Source of the DNA: a virus
Virus record (IMG/VR): IMGVR_UViG_3300012971_000001
Span: 53,451 to 117,450 of that record
Strand: one strand, 5' to 3'
Length of the DNA stretch: 64,000 bases
The position numbers and the translations under genes were made by a program. The notes below the pieces were generated by a model, which had not been told where the DNA came from, did no database searches, and saw only the letters and a list, made by a program, of their open reading frames with translations. Of the stretch, positions 1 through 10,928 are shown piece after piece (the first letter of the stretch is position 1; the number at the start of each line of letters is the position of its first letter).

Positions 1-1
1 A

Positions 2-3000
2 ATGGTGCAGGGACCTCCCGGCCCGCAGGGCATTCAGGGGCCTGCCGGCGCCACCGGAGCAGTTGGCCCTCAGGGTCCGCAGGGAGTGCAAGGAACTCAG
101 GGTCCGAAGGGTGATCCGGGTTTGACGGGAACGACGGGGCCTGCAGGCCCTACGGGGCCACAGGGTGTGCCTGGTCCCGAGGGGCAGGCGGGCCAGACAG
201 GGCCTCAGGGGCCGACTGGGTTAACGGGAGCAGAAGGGCCTGTCGGACCGCAGGGACCACAGGGTGCCACCGGCCCTACGGGGCAGCAGGGCGCGACGGG
301 CGATCCTGGCCCTACCGGACCGACTGGAAATACCGGCCCTGCCGGTGCAGCTGGTCCGCAGGGTGCAGCTGGTCCGCAGGGAGATCCTGGCATTCAGGGA
401 CCAAAAGGAGATCCTGGCCCTACGGGTCCGCAGGGGCCACAAGGCGTGCCTGGACCGCAGGGAATAAAAGGCGACACTGGCGCGCAGGGCGCGACCGGGC
501 AGCAGGGGCCGCCTGGAACGACCGGAGCCACTGGCCCTGCCGGTCCGCAAGGCACACAGGGCTTGCCAGGGCCACAGGGCGATCCTGGTGCAACTGGTGC
601 GCAGGGACCAGCTGGAGCGACTGGCGCGACTGGAGCACAAGGCCCGAAGGGCGATACGGGTGCAGATGGAGCGACTGGGCCTCCCGGCGCAACTGGCAAT
701 ACCGGACCAGCAGGGCCGCAGGGATCTCAGGGCGTGAAGGGCGATCCTGGCACGCCTGGTGCGACTGGCCCGGCAGGTGCACAGGGGCCAGCAGGTCCGA
801 CTGGCGCTCAAGGTCCGCAAGGCCCGCAGGGATTGCAGGGTGCCCAAGGTCAGCAGGGACCCGTGGGCGATACTGGTGTCGCGGGGCCGCCGGGACCGAT
901 AGGCCCTGCAGGCCCGGTGGGGCCGGAAGGTCCGCAAGGCGTGCAGGGTCCGGTCGGACCAACCGGAGCGACTGGCCCGCAAGGCCCAAAAGGCGACCCT
1001 GGACCGCAGGGCGTAGCCGGACCTACCGGCCCAATCGGAAATACCGGCCCTGCTGGCCCTCAGGGAGTAAAAGGCGACACAGGGCTGACCGGCCCGCAAG
1101 GCCCGATTGGAAATACTGGCCCTCAGGGCGCGAAAGGCGACCCCGGCGCGACGGGAGCTACCGGGGCAACGGGACCGCAGGGACCAATTGGAAATACAGG
1201 CCCGGCTGGCCCGCAAGGACCTACGGGTGCAGATAGCACGGTGCCCGGACCGCCCGGAGCGACAGGGCCAGCAGGTCCGCAGGGACCAAAAGGTGATGCC
1301 GGACCACAGGGCTTGACCGGCTCGCAAGGCCCTCCCGGCGCAGCCGGATCGACCGGACCGATTGGGCCAGTAGGGCCGCAGGGAGCGCAGGGAAATCCCG
1401 GCATTCAAGGGCCGAAAGGTGACACGGGAGCTACTGGCCCGCAGGGATTGACAGGACCACAGGGATTAACAGGACCACAGGGAGTCGCTGGTCCGACCGG
1501 ACCTACGGGAGCCACGGGTCCGCAGGGACCGATTGGAAATACGGGTGCCACAGGCCCGCAGGGTCCGCAAGGTATACCAGGAGTCATCCAAGGCGTGCAG
1601 GACGAGGGCACGAACCTGCCCGGGCGTCAATATATTAATTTCATCGGCGGTGCAGTTACCGCAGTAGATGACTTGGCCAACAATCGAACAAATATCACGA
1701 TCCCAAGCGTGACGCCAGCCGGAAGCACGGGCTACGTACAGTTCAACAACGCCGGAGCGTTCGGCGCATCGTCCGCATTGTTCTGGGACATCACCAATAC
1801 GCGGCTCGGCATAGGCACGACGACGCCGAATGTAAAGCTTGACGTGAGAGGCAACGTCCAGATCGGCAGCACGGGCGTGACCGGCAGCACGGGATGGCCA
1901 TTGGTCATCGCAGATAGCAGCGGCCTGGGCACGAAAGAAATGGACGGCAGCGGCGTCAGCAAGATAGAGACGTATGTCGGCTCCGGCGGTGCCAACGAGC
2001 TGAGGCTGCTCAACAGCATGAAGCTGATCGGGCAGGCGCAAGACTTGGTGCTCGGCACAAGCAGCTTCGGGCAGGCAATCAGAATATTAAATTCCGACGG
2101 CAGCACGCGGCTGAGCGGGAACCTTACCTTCGCCACAGATAATTCGTACGATATAGGCGCCAGCGGTGCCGTGCGGCCGCGGAATATTTTCGTAGCCACG
2201 AGCATATACACGCCGTCAGCAACGATCTCCGGCTTAGCAGGCGTGGGCACGCGGATGGTGGTGACAGATGCCAACGGGTTGCTGGGCGCGCAGGCAATTC
2301 CCAGCGGCGGCGGAGGCGTTACCTCTGTCTTTACCCGGACGGGTGCGGTGACTGCACAGGCAGGAGATTACACCGCAGCACAGGTGACCAATGCAGTGTC
2401 TACTGCTGGCAGCTATGCAGATCCTGCATGGATCACATCGCTGAGTTACAGCAAGCTTTCGGGTGTGCCAGCTGGAGCAGTAGCCAGCGTTTTCGGAAGA
2501 ACAGGCGCAGTAGTTGCAGCAAGTGGCGATTATACAGCAGCACAGGTGACCAATGCGGTGAGCACGCTGGGAAGCTATGCAGACCCTGCGTGGATCACGT
2601 CGTTGAATTATAGCAAGATTGCCGGTTCGCCATCGACTGCACAGATTGCCGCGATGCAGACGCCGTGGTTGCAGAATATAGATGCGGCAGGGTATAGCCT
2701 GAATCATCTTTCATCGATCCAAGGCCCGACGGGCGCCGGGGATCATACCGTCTACATTCTTGGCGGCGGTGGGTTGCAAATTGGCCCGTTGACTGGTCAG
2801 CACTGTATCTGGATCGGAGGCGATGACACAACGCTGGACATGTGGTGGGGCGGTGCGGGTCAAGACCGTTGGGTTACTGGTTTGATCAACACTACTGCGG
2901 TCGATGCAATTTCCCCTACTGGAAACGACTTTGCGTTCCGGGCGTGGAACAATGGGGCCTATCAATCTACACCGCTGACACTGTTCAGAGGTACGGGCTA

Positions 3001-4735
3001 CGTCGGAATCAATAAGCCTACCGCTGCTGCCTACCAGCTGGATGTTGCAGGCGATGTTGCTGTTACCGGCTATATCTACTTCAACAGCGTCGGCGGTGCA
3101 GGCAATCAGGCTTACATCTACAACAGCGTCGGCACGTTCTCGATGATCGCGCCCAACGGCGTGAATCTCAACCTGGAATCAGACGGCACGGGCCGGGTGT
3201 TGATGTCGACCAACGGCACGCGGCGGCTGGTGGTCCATTCCGGCGGCAACGTGGGCATCGGCCCCAGCATGAATCCGTCTTACACGCTGGATGTGCAGGG
3301 CGATTGCAACATCAGCGGTACTTACTGTGTGAACGGTGTTCCACTTTCGACTGGGCAGAACCAGACGCCGTGGCTATCCGACATTGACGGCGGTACGCAC
3401 CTCCTCAGCAACATCGGCGTGGGCGGATCTCTCGTCGCCGGGATCACATTGAACAACTACGTCTCATACGCCCTCAAGGATTCTAGTGGTAGTGGTCGGA
3501 GCGTGACGTTTCTTGACAATGCGAACCCGGATAACCTACATATCCGTAACAACCAACGTGGTGTTGGCGGCGCGATCACCTTTGACACCCAGGCTGGTGG
3601 CGTAGAGAGTATGCGAGTCACTGCCACTGGATACCTCGGTATCGGCACGACGACGCCGGCCTTCCCGTTGTCTTTCGGCACCGGACTCGGAAACAAGATC
3701 GCTCTCTATGACAATGTTAGCGCCTTCTTCGGCTTTGGTATTCAGCCTGGTCTGTTCCAGGTATTTGCCAATAGTTCCGGCGACCGCATTGGTTTTGGCT
3801 ACGGCAATAGCGCATCGTTCACGGAAGGAGTAAGTATAACGAATGGTCGTCTTGGTGTAGGAACTACCGGCCCGTTTTATTCTTTGCACGTCGCTTCGTC
3901 AGCAACAAGTGGATCTACGCCCGTTTATCATTCGGCTAATACTCCGTTCTCGATTGATAATCCAGGCAGTGCAGAGCTAGTAATAGCCATGTTGGGCGCT
4001 AGCCCATACACTTACTGGATTCAGAATCGCGGGCCAGCCGGTGCTTTCCCGATCGCGCTGAATCCTGCTGGTGGATTTGTCGGGATAGGAACTTCATCTC
4101 CTCAGTACCTGCTTGAAGTCAATTATAATGCCAGTCAGCTAGGCACTGCAACTGGTAATTCTTTGAATATAGCTCGGTTTGATTTTATTGCTTCGAATAA
4201 TGTCTTTCTACAGATAACTGGCAGTCGTACATTGAGCGGCAGTGACTGGACTACGGCTGCTTTTAAGTTACAGCACGTTGTCGATTCGACTCAGATGGGA
4301 TATATCTCGTTCAATCCATCGAATGCGAATACTCAGAGTATTGGGTTTGGATATGGATCTAACGAATTATTCCGGATTGGTGGGGATGGTATTGTTTATG
4401 TTGCTAGTTCCTGGGCACGATTTGCTATACAGACTGCTGGGGTGTCTGTTGCTGCGATGCTTTCAATGGATGGCAGCGGCAATACGATTTTCGACGTTCC
4501 GAACACTGGCACTGCTAACGGTTCGATGATTCTTAGTACCAAGGGCACTGGTCGAGTAATCGCCAGGCAGTCCGGTTACACGAACATTTTCGTCCCGACT
4601 TCAGCAATTCCAGATGGAGAAGTGATTGGAACTTGTATGGCATTTTGGCTAGATCAGGGAAGCAACCGGATTGTGTTTCGAGTCAGGTATAACGATGGAA
4701 CAACAATGAAGACCGGATACGTTACTTTAGCATGA
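2..4735 (+). CDS. Collagen-like tail/head fibre protein (5' end probably lies outside the window)
   Basis: About 525 aa of Gly-X-Y triplets (GPQ/GPT/GAT), then fibre modules ([10 protein letters not shown], repeated GIGTTTP, duplicated [26 protein letters not shown]). Confidence 0.9.
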   Translation: MVQGPPGPQGIQGPAGATGAVGPQGPQGVQGTQGPKGDPGLTGTTGPAGPTGPQGVPGPEGQAGQTGPQGPTGLTGAEGPVGPQGPQGATGPTGQQGATGDPGPTGPTGNTGPAGAAGPQGAAGPQGDPGIQGPKGDPGPTGPQGPQGVPGPQGIKGDTGAQGATGQQGPPGTTGATGPAGPQGTQGLPGPQGDPGATGAQGPAGATGATGAQGPKGDTGADGATGPPGATGNTGPAGPQGSQGVKGDPGTPGATGPAGAQGPAGPTGAQGPQGPQGLQGAQGQQGPVGDTGVAGPPGPIGPAGPVGPEGPQGVQGPVGPTGATGPQGPKGDPGPQGVAGPTGPIGNTGPAGPQGVKGDTGLTGPQGPIGNTGPQGAKGDPGATGATGATGPQGPIGNTGPAGPQGPTGADSTVPGPPGATGPAGPQGPKGDAGPQGLTGSQGPPGAAGSTGPIGPVGPQGAQGNPGIQGPKGDTGATGPQGLTGPQGLTGPQGVAGPTGPTGATGPQGPIGNTGATGPQGPQGIPGVIQGVQDEGTNLPGRQYINFIGGAVTAVDDLANNRTNITIPSVTPAGSTGYVQFNNAGAFGASSALFWDITNTRLGIGTTTPNVKLDVRGNVQIGSTGVTGSTGWPLVIADSSGLGTKEMDGSGVSKIETYVGSGGANELRLLNSMKLIGQAQDLVLGTSSFGQAIRILNSDGSTRLSGNLTFATDNSYDIGASGAVRPRNIFVATSIYTPSATISGLAGVGTRMVVTDANGLLGAQAIPSGGGGVTSVFTRTGAVTAQAGDYTAAQVTNAVSTAGSYADPAWITSLSYSKLSGVPAGAVASVFGRTGAVVAASGDYTAAQVTNAVSTLGSYADPAWITSLNYSKIAGSPSTAQIAAMQTPWLQNIDAAGYSLNHLSSIQGPTGAGDHTVYILGGGGLQIGPLTGQHCIWIGGDDTTLDMWWGGAGQDRWVTGLINTTAVDAISPTGNDFAFRAWNNGAYQSTPLTLFRGTGYVGINKPTAAAYQLDVAGDVAVTGYIYFNSVGGAGNQAYIYNSVGTFSMIAPNGVNLNLESDGTGRVLMSTNGTRRLVVHSGGNVGIGPSMNPSYTLDVQGDCNISGTYCVNGVPLSTGQNQTPWLSDIDGGTHLLSNIGVGGSLVAGITLNNYVSYALKDSSGSGRSVTFLDNANPDNLHIRNNQRGVGGAITFDTQAGGVESMRVTATGYLGIGTTTPAFPLSFGTGLGNKIALYDNVSAFFGFGIQPGLFQVFANSSGDRIGFGYGNSASFTEGVSITNGRLGVGTTGPFYSLHVASSATSGSTPVYHSANTPFSIDNPGSAELVIAMLGASPYTYWIQNRGPAGAFPIALNPAGGFVGIGTSSPQYLLEVNYNASQLGTATGNSLNIARFDFIASNNVFLQITGSRTLSGSDWTTAAFKLQHVVDSTQMGYISFNPSNANTQSIGFGYGSNELFRIGGDGIVYVASSWARFAIQTAGVSVAAMLSMDGSGNTIFDVPNTGTANGSMILSTKGTGRVIARQSGYTNIFVPTSAIPDGEVIGTCMAFWLDQGSNRIVFRVRYNDGTTMKTGYVTLA

Positions 4736-4805
4736 GAAGGAGAAGTTAGATCATGAGCGTTGGGTTGATACAGATGCCACAAAGAAAAAGAAAAAGGAGA
4801 TAGCA

Positions 4806-5099
4806 ATGGCATTGACTTACACAGACTCCAACGCGCTCATGAACGACTTCGACTTTCGCGGGCGCATCAAGGTAGCTGCACTTCACTATGCGGACTACAT
4901 CATGAACGAAGCAACCAACACGCCTGGCCACACGTCCCGGCTGCGCTGGGCCAGTGCTACGTTCCAGAGCCCGGATCAGGCGGCCCAATCGTTGCATTCG
5001 CCGGTGGTAATGGACCCGGCGGTGCAGGCAGATGGTGCTGCCATCATCGACACCAACCTGCAGAGCGCGGTGGAGAACACGATCAACAAATTGATCTGA
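4806..5099 (+). CDS. Small virion-associated hypothetical protein
   Basis: AGGAG SD upstream; directly follows the fibre gene. Confidence 0.75.
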   Translation: MALTYTDSNALMNDFDFRGRIKVAALHYADYIMNEATNTPGHTSRLRWASATFQSPDQAAQSLHSPVVMDPAVQADGAAIIDTNLQSAVENTINKLI

Positions 5100-5128
5100 G
5101 GATAGAATGACGAGGAGGATAGAAAAAG

Positions 5129-5515
5129 ATGCAAACAGTATTCCTGACGTTCTATAAGCGGATCACTCTGTGGAATATGGTGGGCAACCATAGCGTGAGC
5201 GGACTCAAGCAGGCAGAGGTATATCTGCGGTTGATCGGCAAGCTACGCCCGACGGACGAAGAAACGGAATCGGTTAATCTTCAGAACAACGGGATGGGTG
5301 TGAGCTGGCAGCTGCCGGTGCCGACGTTCGGCGACAAGGACATAGAGCTGGAGCGATCGGAAGCAGATGCACTTATCGCAGCCATAGAAGTAGCGCAGTT
5401 CCGGGTGGTAGATGCAGCGTGGCTGCAGGAGATAGCAGACCAGCTAAAGAAGAAACCACCAAAAAAAGAAACAGACGAGGCCAGGGCAGAGGTTGAAGAA
5501 CCGGTGCTCAACTAA
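5129..5515 (+). CDS. Putative fibre assembly chaperone (paralog of 27066..27452)
   Basis: GAGGAGG SD; shares DIELE..E and D..WL motifs with the ORF after the second fibre. Confidence 0.6.
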   Translation: MQTVFLTFYKRITLWNMVGNHSVSGLKQAEVYLRLIGKLRPTDEETESVNLQNNGMGVSWQLPVPTFGDKDIELERSEADALIAAIEVAQFRVVDAAWLQEIADQLKKKPPKKETDEARAEVEEPVLN

Positions 5516-6024
5516 TGAAAGTGACCATGGAATTCGAGGGCCTGGAAAAGCTGGACAGACTGTTCAGCAACGTGGGCGGACCGCTGTGGGGCGGCGTGAA
5601 GGTGGTCGGCAAAGCAGCCGCCTATGCACTGGTCTGGGAATGGGGATCAGCGCGGATCACGAAGCCAGGCCCAAAGACGACATGGGGCACCAATCCCGCC
5701 GGCGATACGGTGGTGCTTACGCTTACCGCGCCGTACGGCTACATTCGCGTGAATAAGGACCAGTACCTCAGCATACTGCGGGAGGAGGTTAAGAACGCAC
5801 GCCTGACAAGGGTAAAGCCGGAGAACTTCGAGAATGCTCTAAAGGACGCCCTCAGCAGGGCTGAGATTCGCTGTTCGTTATTAATCTCTGAAACTGCCCC
5901 TATCGACAGTGGTGACTTGAGGATGAGTATTCAGCCAACGGGAGTTAACGCACCGATTCTGTTCACCGGGACGCCGAACCTGTTCGGGCCCACCGAATTT
6001 GACCTCGGGACTGGCTGGATTTAA
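5515..6024 (+). CDS. HK97 gp10-like neck/tail component
   Basis: MKVTMEFEGLEKL N-terminus, YALVWEWGS and APIDSGDLRMSI motifs typical of the gp10 family. Confidence 0.65.
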   Translation: MKVTMEFEGLEKLDRLFSNVGGPLWGGVKVVGKAAAYALVWEWGSARITKPGPKTTWGTNPAGDTVVLTLTAPYGYIRVNKDQYLSILREEVKNARLTRVKPENFENALKDALSRAEIRCSLLISETAPIDSGDLRMSIQPTGVNAPILFTGTPNLFGPTEFDLGTGWI

Positions 6025-6029
6025 GAACT

Positions 6030-6554
6030 ATGTGGTATCGTGTCTCATCTATGGGTAGACCAAGTATGGGGCGGGATACTGCATCGCTACAGCAGCGCTT
6101 TTTACGCTACGTCGACAAGACATCTTCGCCTAAGGGCTGCTGGCTTTGGACGGGCGCAAAAGATCGGGACGGTTATGGCAGCTTTAAGATACGAGTTGAT
6201 GGTAAGTTAGAACAGCGCGCGCATCGCATTGCGTATATCTGGTGGAAGGCACCTATTCCAGATGGCTCGTGGATGCTGCATAAAGTGGAGTGCAGTGATT
6301 CATCGTGTTGTAACCCGGATCATGTGTATGCCGGGAACGCAAGGCAGAATTCAAACGACGCTATAACTACGGGTGCTATGCGTCGGGGAGAGGCATCTTC
6401 GCATTCTAAACTAACTGCTTTGCAGGTGCGTGTGATAAGGGCATTGTATCGGCGAGGGCAAGGGACACAAGCTAGTTTGGCTCTTGAATTTGGCGTAGTT
6501 CCCTTTGCTATATTTCAGATTATTAAACGTCGGACTTGGAAGCACGTCAAATGA
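6030..6554 (+). CDS. HNH endonuclease with C-terminal HTH (copy 1)
   Basis: DKTSSPKGCWLW, AHR, H-x3-C..CCNPDH..N, KLTALQVRVIRAL..RRTWKHV; start may be 6051. Confidence 0.9.
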   Translation: MWYRVSSMGRPSMGRDTASLQQRFLRYVDKTSSPKGCWLWTGAKDRDGYGSFKIRVDGKLEQRAHRIAYIWWKAPIPDGSWMLHKVECSDSSCCNPDHVYAGNARQNSNDAITTGAMRRGEASSHSKLTALQVRVIRALYRRGQGTQASLALEFGVVPFAIFQIIKRRTWKHVK

Positions 6555-7171
6555 AGCTGGACGACTTACTCGCGCTGCATATATGGTCCCGACAGGGAAG
6601 GATCATCACTGCCAAAAAGCGGCAGCCGATCGTCTACAATCCCGACGCAGCAATCAAGGCTCATGTAGACGCCACAGCGGGGAAGCTGCATGATTACTTC
6701 GCCAGTGAAAATACCGCGGGCAAACCTATGCGCGCCATGCTGGGCGAGCTGGTCAAAAACGCACGCATGCTGGGCTTCGAAGATGGCGCGCATTACTCCG
6801 GCAAGAAGCTCACCGATGCCTACGTCCAGAAGGTCGACAAGCATGCAAAGAAATACAGCCGCGAATTGGCGTCGCAGATATCGCAGACGACCAGGAAGGG
6901 CCTGAAGAACGAAACGCCTTACGTCACCACGAGTGACCGCGCCACAGCCATAGCCGCCCATGAGGGAAGAAAGGCCTACAACAAAGGGCTTTTGGAAGCG
7001 ATGGGAGGAAATGGCTTTGGAAAATCCTGGATGACGGGAGATAGCCCGTGCCCGGACTGCCAGGACAACGAAGATGATGACATCATAGATATGAATGATG
7101 TGTTTTCCAGCGGGGACGATACGCCGCCAGCACATCCTAATTGCGGTTGCACCTTAGGAGTCCACGTATAA
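6551..7171 (+). CDS. Head morphogenesis protein (Mu gpF/SPP1 gp7-like)
   Basis: RATAIAAHE, KSW..CPDC..N, PPAHPNCGC motifs; ATGA overlap with the HNH stop. Confidence 0.85.
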   Translation: MKLDDLLALHIWSRQGRIITAKKRQPIVYNPDAAIKAHVDATAGKLHDYFASENTAGKPMRAMLGELVKNARMLGFEDGAHYSGKKLTDAYVQKVDKHAKKYSRELASQISQTTRKGLKNETPYVTTSDRATAIAAHEGRKAYNKGLLEAMGGNGFGKSWMTGDSPCPDCQDNEDDDIIDMNDVFSSGDDTPPAHPNCGCTLGVHV

Positions 7172-7260
7172 TGGTGCATTGTTGTCATAATACGTCGATG
7201 ACTAAAGCGCAACGCATATTCAATCTGATAGTCAGACGCAAGATTTGGAAAAACATATGA
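7171..7260 (+). pseudogene. 29-aa remnant of the HNH family (MVHCCHNTSMTKAQRIFNLIVRRKIWKNI)
   Basis: Ends in the RRKxWKxI-stop tail of the HNH copies; overlaps both neighbours (TAATG and ATGA). Confidence 0.6.
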
Positions 7261-7730
7261 GTGCTACAAGCGCGATAGTGATGGAAGTCGGCGAGATGTC
7301 CCGGAAGAAATTCTACAATCAGGATTTCTCCGGCAAGGATCTTTCGCACAAGAAGATGAGATCGAGCTTCTTTTACCGCTGTAACTTCGACGACGCAGAC
7401 ATGTCGCATGCGGATGCCGAAGGAACGGAATTTGTCGGCTGTACCTTCAATAATTCGATTTGCTATTACTCCAATTTCAAGGATGCAAAGTTAGCCGGGA
7501 ACGTGTTCAAGCCAAAGGATGCTTACGGCATTACGCTTACGATGAGCTGCAAGACCTTCGATCAGATGGAGACGAGACAGCTGTGGTGGTACGGAATGTT
7601 GCTTTTTGCCACGATGATGGTGCCTGAACGCGAACCCGTCGACGAGGACCTCAATGCAGGGCTGATTAACCTCATCGGCGCTGAACGGTACGCCAAGCTT
7701 AAGACCTTGTTCAGCAAGCGGGAAGTGTAA
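7257..7730 (+). CDS. Pentapeptide repeat protein
   Basis: QDFSG-KDLSH..CNFDD-ADMSH-ADAEG-TEFVG-CTFNN..SNFKD-AKLAG repeats. Confidence 0.8.
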   Translation: MSATSAIVMEVGEMSRKKFYNQDFSGKDLSHKKMRSSFFYRCNFDDADMSHADAEGTEFVGCTFNNSICYYSNFKDAKLAGNVFKPKDAYGITLTMSCKTFDQMETRQLWWYGMLLFATMMVPEREPVDEDLNAGLINLIGAERYAKLKTLFSKREV

Positions 7731-8281
7731 TGTACTATTGGTTGATGCCGAAGCTAGATGTAAACGAACAGCGTGATCGTTTTTTCTCGCATGTTGATAG
7801 AACCTCTTCGCCTAAGGGATGCTGGATTTGGACAGGTACTCTAAACGCTTCTGGCTACGGCAGAATCAAAATTACTTTCACCGATGGAACATTTGAACGG
7901 TTAGCTCATCGTGTGTCGTACAGGTGGTGGAAAGGGCCAATACCGATGGGTCTGTTGGTTTGTCATATCCGAGCCTGCAGTGATTCAACTTGCGTCAATC
8001 CTGCCCACCTGTACACGGGTACAGATCAAGACAACACAGATGATAGGGTCGCTGTAGGTAATCAGCCAAAGGGCAGAACCCACCACATGCACTTACATCC
8101 AGAATACGCCGCGCGTGGTGCTGCTGCCGGACGTAGCAAGCTGACTGATGTGCAAGTGCGCGTTGCACGTGCTTTGCATAGACGTGACCACATGATAAAG
8201 AGCATTGCTAGACGTTTCGGTGTAACCGCAACGGCTATCTCCGCTATTGTGCATAGCAAGACATGGAGGCATCTGTGGTAG
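7730..8281 (+). CDS. HNH endonuclease with HTH (copy 2)
   Basis: DRTSSPKGCWIW, CVNPAHLYTGT..DN, KLTDVQVRV, KTWRHLW. Confidence 0.9.
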   Translation: MYYWLMPKLDVNEQRDRFFSHVDRTSSPKGCWIWTGTLNASGYGRIKITFTDGTFERLAHRVSYRWWKGPIPMGLLVCHIRACSDSTCVNPAHLYTGTDQDNTDDRVAVGNQPKGRTHHMHLHPEYAARGAAAGRSKLTDVQVRVARALHRRDHMIKSIARRFGVTATAISAIVHSKTWRHLW

Positions 8282-8877
8282 AGGCGATCGATACCTATTT
8301 TCTGTTCGTCAAGAGCCAGATGGCAAAGCTGGATCCAACGCAACGCTTTGGACCTATTGTGGCCAGTCGAGATTGGCCGCAGACGCCGCCGAAAGACAGC
8401 ACGCTGTATCTGCTGTACCTTAGCTCGACGCCGATCTCGCCCGGCACAGCATCGGTGACCTTCTATCAGCATATGCTGCAGTGGGTCTGGCTGGTGATGG
8501 GCGACGACATAGAGCCGACGGAAAGAAAACAGAACCGCGGTGACAGATACCGCGTCCACCTGAACATGCAGAACAACCTGCAGGACGCGAATTACCCGGG
8601 CTTCTGCCAGAAGATGGCTTACACAGCAGACAGGGACGGCAACCTGTCCAGCAACGGTTTTACCCTGCCGGAATACGGCGGGGCAGAAACGATCTTCTGG
8701 ACTACACCAAGATTCATTCCGAGATTCGATGCAGAGAGATCGGGCTTACTCTACGGAGTAGCAGCCGTGGAAGTGGATGCGTGGGAAGATATTACGCTGA
8801 AGTTGCAGCAGCCGTATCCGCAGCCGGTTTTGACGAAGGATGTGCGTGCTAGAATAGACGCGTTTAACAGATCGTAG
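8275..8877 (+). CDS. Putative tail terminator/completion protein
   Basis: Sits immediately before the tail tube gene; GTG 8275 has a GGAGG SD inside the HNH end (alternative start 8263). Confidence 0.55.
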   Translation: MVEAIDTYFLFVKSQMAKLDPTQRFGPIVASRDWPQTPPKDSTLYLLYLSSTPISPGTASVTFYQHMLQWVWLVMGDDIEPTERKQNRGDRYRVHLNMQNNLQDANYPGFCQKMAYTADRDGNLSSNGFTLPEYGGAETIFWTTPRFIPRFDAERSGLLYGVAAVEVDAWEDITLKLQQPYPQPVLTKDVRARIDAFNRS

Positions 8878-8961
8878 ATGTGCTCCGCCGTAGGCTGTAG
8901 CTGATAATGACGTCTATTATTGTAGGGCAGACCAGGCTTAGTGAATAGAGGAGAAGGACGA

Positions 8962-10071
8962 ATGGCAGGAGCAAATCTTCCAAAGTCATTAACGCAGCCA
9001 TTCCGACAGGGCCAGCTTAATGTTGGTTCCGGATGGCGCGGTTATTTTGCCCCATTCAATCAAGCAACAGCAGTGAATCAGACGTCGACGTCGATCGGGC
9101 CCACAATGTACGACTTGGAAGTTTTGGGCCGGTTCGTCGACGCGACTCCACCTGCTGGCTGGTTTGACATCGGGTTGATTCGAAACTTCAAATTTACGCC
9201 AGGCTCGAAAATCGGAAATATCGTTTCCGGTTACCGCGGAGCAGTGCGGGCCAAGTACCGCGGAGAGGTGGCGGAAAAGTTCAATTTCGCATTCGCGGAA
9301 ATGTCGCGGACGGCGATGCGGCTGGCGACCGGCTCGCAGGTGTTCAACCTGCTCAAAACGGCCGGGAATGCCACGCCGAACACGCAAGGGCCTTTGAATT
9401 CGCCTGGCGTAGCCGGCGTTCCGATGATAGCCTACTCGCCGAGTGGGATGACGGGCGGGCCGTCGGGCATACCGACGCTTTCGGTCGCCACCGGGACGGG
9501 CTCGCAATTCCCTGTCGGCTCGATGATTGTGTGCGACATCGACTACGACCCGGCGACCTACGGCTTTGTGGGAGACGCAGGTGCCAACGTGTTTCCGGGT
9601 GCCGTGACGGACGTCGACTTCATTCGCAAGACTTCCGATTACGTAGCCGGTGTTCAGCAAATCGTTACAGCCGGCGGTGCCGACTTACTCGTGCTGACCG
9701 GCCCGTTTGTCGGCGGCGGCAACAAGGTCGGCATACAAGGGATGGGGCCGACAGCTCCGGCGCCGCCTGCGAAGGTGCAGGCCATAACCGGCTACGCATC
9801 GCGAGAAGGCGGCACTTACATCGCAGAGTGGTCGGCGGTGTTCAAGCTCGACACGGCAGACTTCTCGCAGCTTCTGCTCTACTACCCACGCGTAGCTCCA
9901 GACGCATTCGCCGGCCTGGGCGAAGTGGCCATTCAGAATATCTCGTCCATGCAGGAATACGACATGGATGCATCGTTCGAAGCAATGGCCTTTGACGATC
10001 CGTTGGATGGCGAGACTGTGGTCCGGTATTCGGCCTATTATCCGCATCCCGGAACAAATCCGGCGCAATAG
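8962..10071 (+). CDS. Major tail (tube) protein
   Basis: Strong SD, terminator downstream, followed by chaperone pair and tape measure; WFDIGLI and FEAMAFDD beta-rich pattern. Confidence 0.75.
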   Translation: MAGANLPKSLTQPFRQGQLNVGSGWRGYFAPFNQATAVNQTSTSIGPTMYDLEVLGRFVDATPPAGWFDIGLIRNFKFTPGSKIGNIVSGYRGAVRAKYRGEVAEKFNFAFAEMSRTAMRLATGSQVFNLLKTAGNATPNTQGPLNSPGVAGVPMIAYSPSGMTGGPSGIPTLSVATGTGSQFPVGSMIVCDIDYDPATYGFVGDAGANVFPGAVTDVDFIRKTSDYVAGVQQIVTAGGADLLVLTGPFVGGGNKVGIQGMGPTAPAPPAKVQAITGYASREGGTYIAEWSAVFKLDTADFSQLLLYYPRVAPDAFAGLGEVAIQNISSMQEYDMDASFEAMAFDDPLDGETVVRYSAYYPHPGTNPAQ

Positions 10072-10087
10072 CTTCCTTGCAGGGGGA

Positions 10088-10146
10088 GGCCCGGCTCAGC
10101 TCAGAGCCTTACCACGCGCCAGCCATAAGCTGGGCCGGGTCTTTTT
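10088..10146 (+). terminator. Intrinsic terminator after the tail tube gene
   Basis: ggcccggctcagct...agctgggccgggtc followed by TTTTT. Confidence 0.75.
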
Positions 10147-10202
10147 GATAAAGAAAGTAGGTGAATAAAGATGTGGCGGCTAAAGTTAGAAAAGGATAGC
10201 TT

Positions 10203-10928
10203 ATGGCAGACCACAATTTCCCTTCGCCGAAAGAAGTTGCTGAAATTCTCTCTACCGAACCTGAATACGATCTCTCCACACTAACCGCAGAAGAAAAACC
10301 CATAGCCTTAAAGTTGATCCCGCTCGTCGTGGGCCGAGTGCGCGAGACGGTGCGGGTGGATCTAGAGGCAAAGAAGGCCCGCGAACTCGAACAACACATC
10401 CAATCGCTCAGCGCTCAGAACGCCGAGATGATGGAAAAAGAAATAACCAAGCTCAAAGAGTCGAACAAGCCGCCGTCGCCGGAAGACCTGAGCAAGCTAC
10501 TCAGCCAGGAATACGCCGAGATGACCGTGCGCCTGGTGGTGCGTGACGGCAGCGGAAGAAAAGAGCGCACGTTCGTCATCCGCGAGCTACCGCAGTCGAT
10601 CGAGATGCGGCTCTTCAAATCCATATTCGACTTACTGCTGCCCAACGTCAAAAAGCTGAGCGCTGCAAACTTCGCTCCCGGTTCGAGCACAGAACAAAAG
10701 GTGCAGCAGGTAGTTGACATGCTGCCCGAAGCCATGACCCTGATGTCCGATCTATGTGCCACGTGCCTGGATCCATACGGCGATGAGAAAATAAATGGAG
10801 ATTGGGTGCGGATGAACATGAGTTCCGCACGGATCAGAGACGTACTGGAAGCACAGGTTGCCGTAGGGCGGATCCGGGATTTTTTCTCTCAAGCTGTCCG
10901 CATAGTCCCAGAATACCTGACTCAGTGA
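10203..10928 (+). CDS. Tail assembly chaperone (gpG-like)
   Basis: Lies between tube and tape measure; slippery T TTT TTC near its end. Confidence 0.7.
   Translation: MADHNFPSPKEVAEILSTEPEYDLSTLTAEEKPIALKLIPLVVGRVRETVRVDLEAKKARELEQHIQSLSAQNAEMMEKEITKLKESNKPPSPEDLSKLLSQEYAEMTVRLVVRDGSGRKERTFVIRELPQSIEMRLFKSIFDLLLPNVKKLSAANFAPGSSTEQKVQQVVDMLPEAMTLMSDLCATCLDPYGDEKINGDWVRMNMSSARIRDVLEAQVAVGRIRDFFSQAVRIVPEYLTQ

Noticed and set aside
205-1611. Many minus-strand and alternate-frame ORFs over the collagen region
   Set aside because: Shadows of GC-rich Gly-X-Y codons; no start signals
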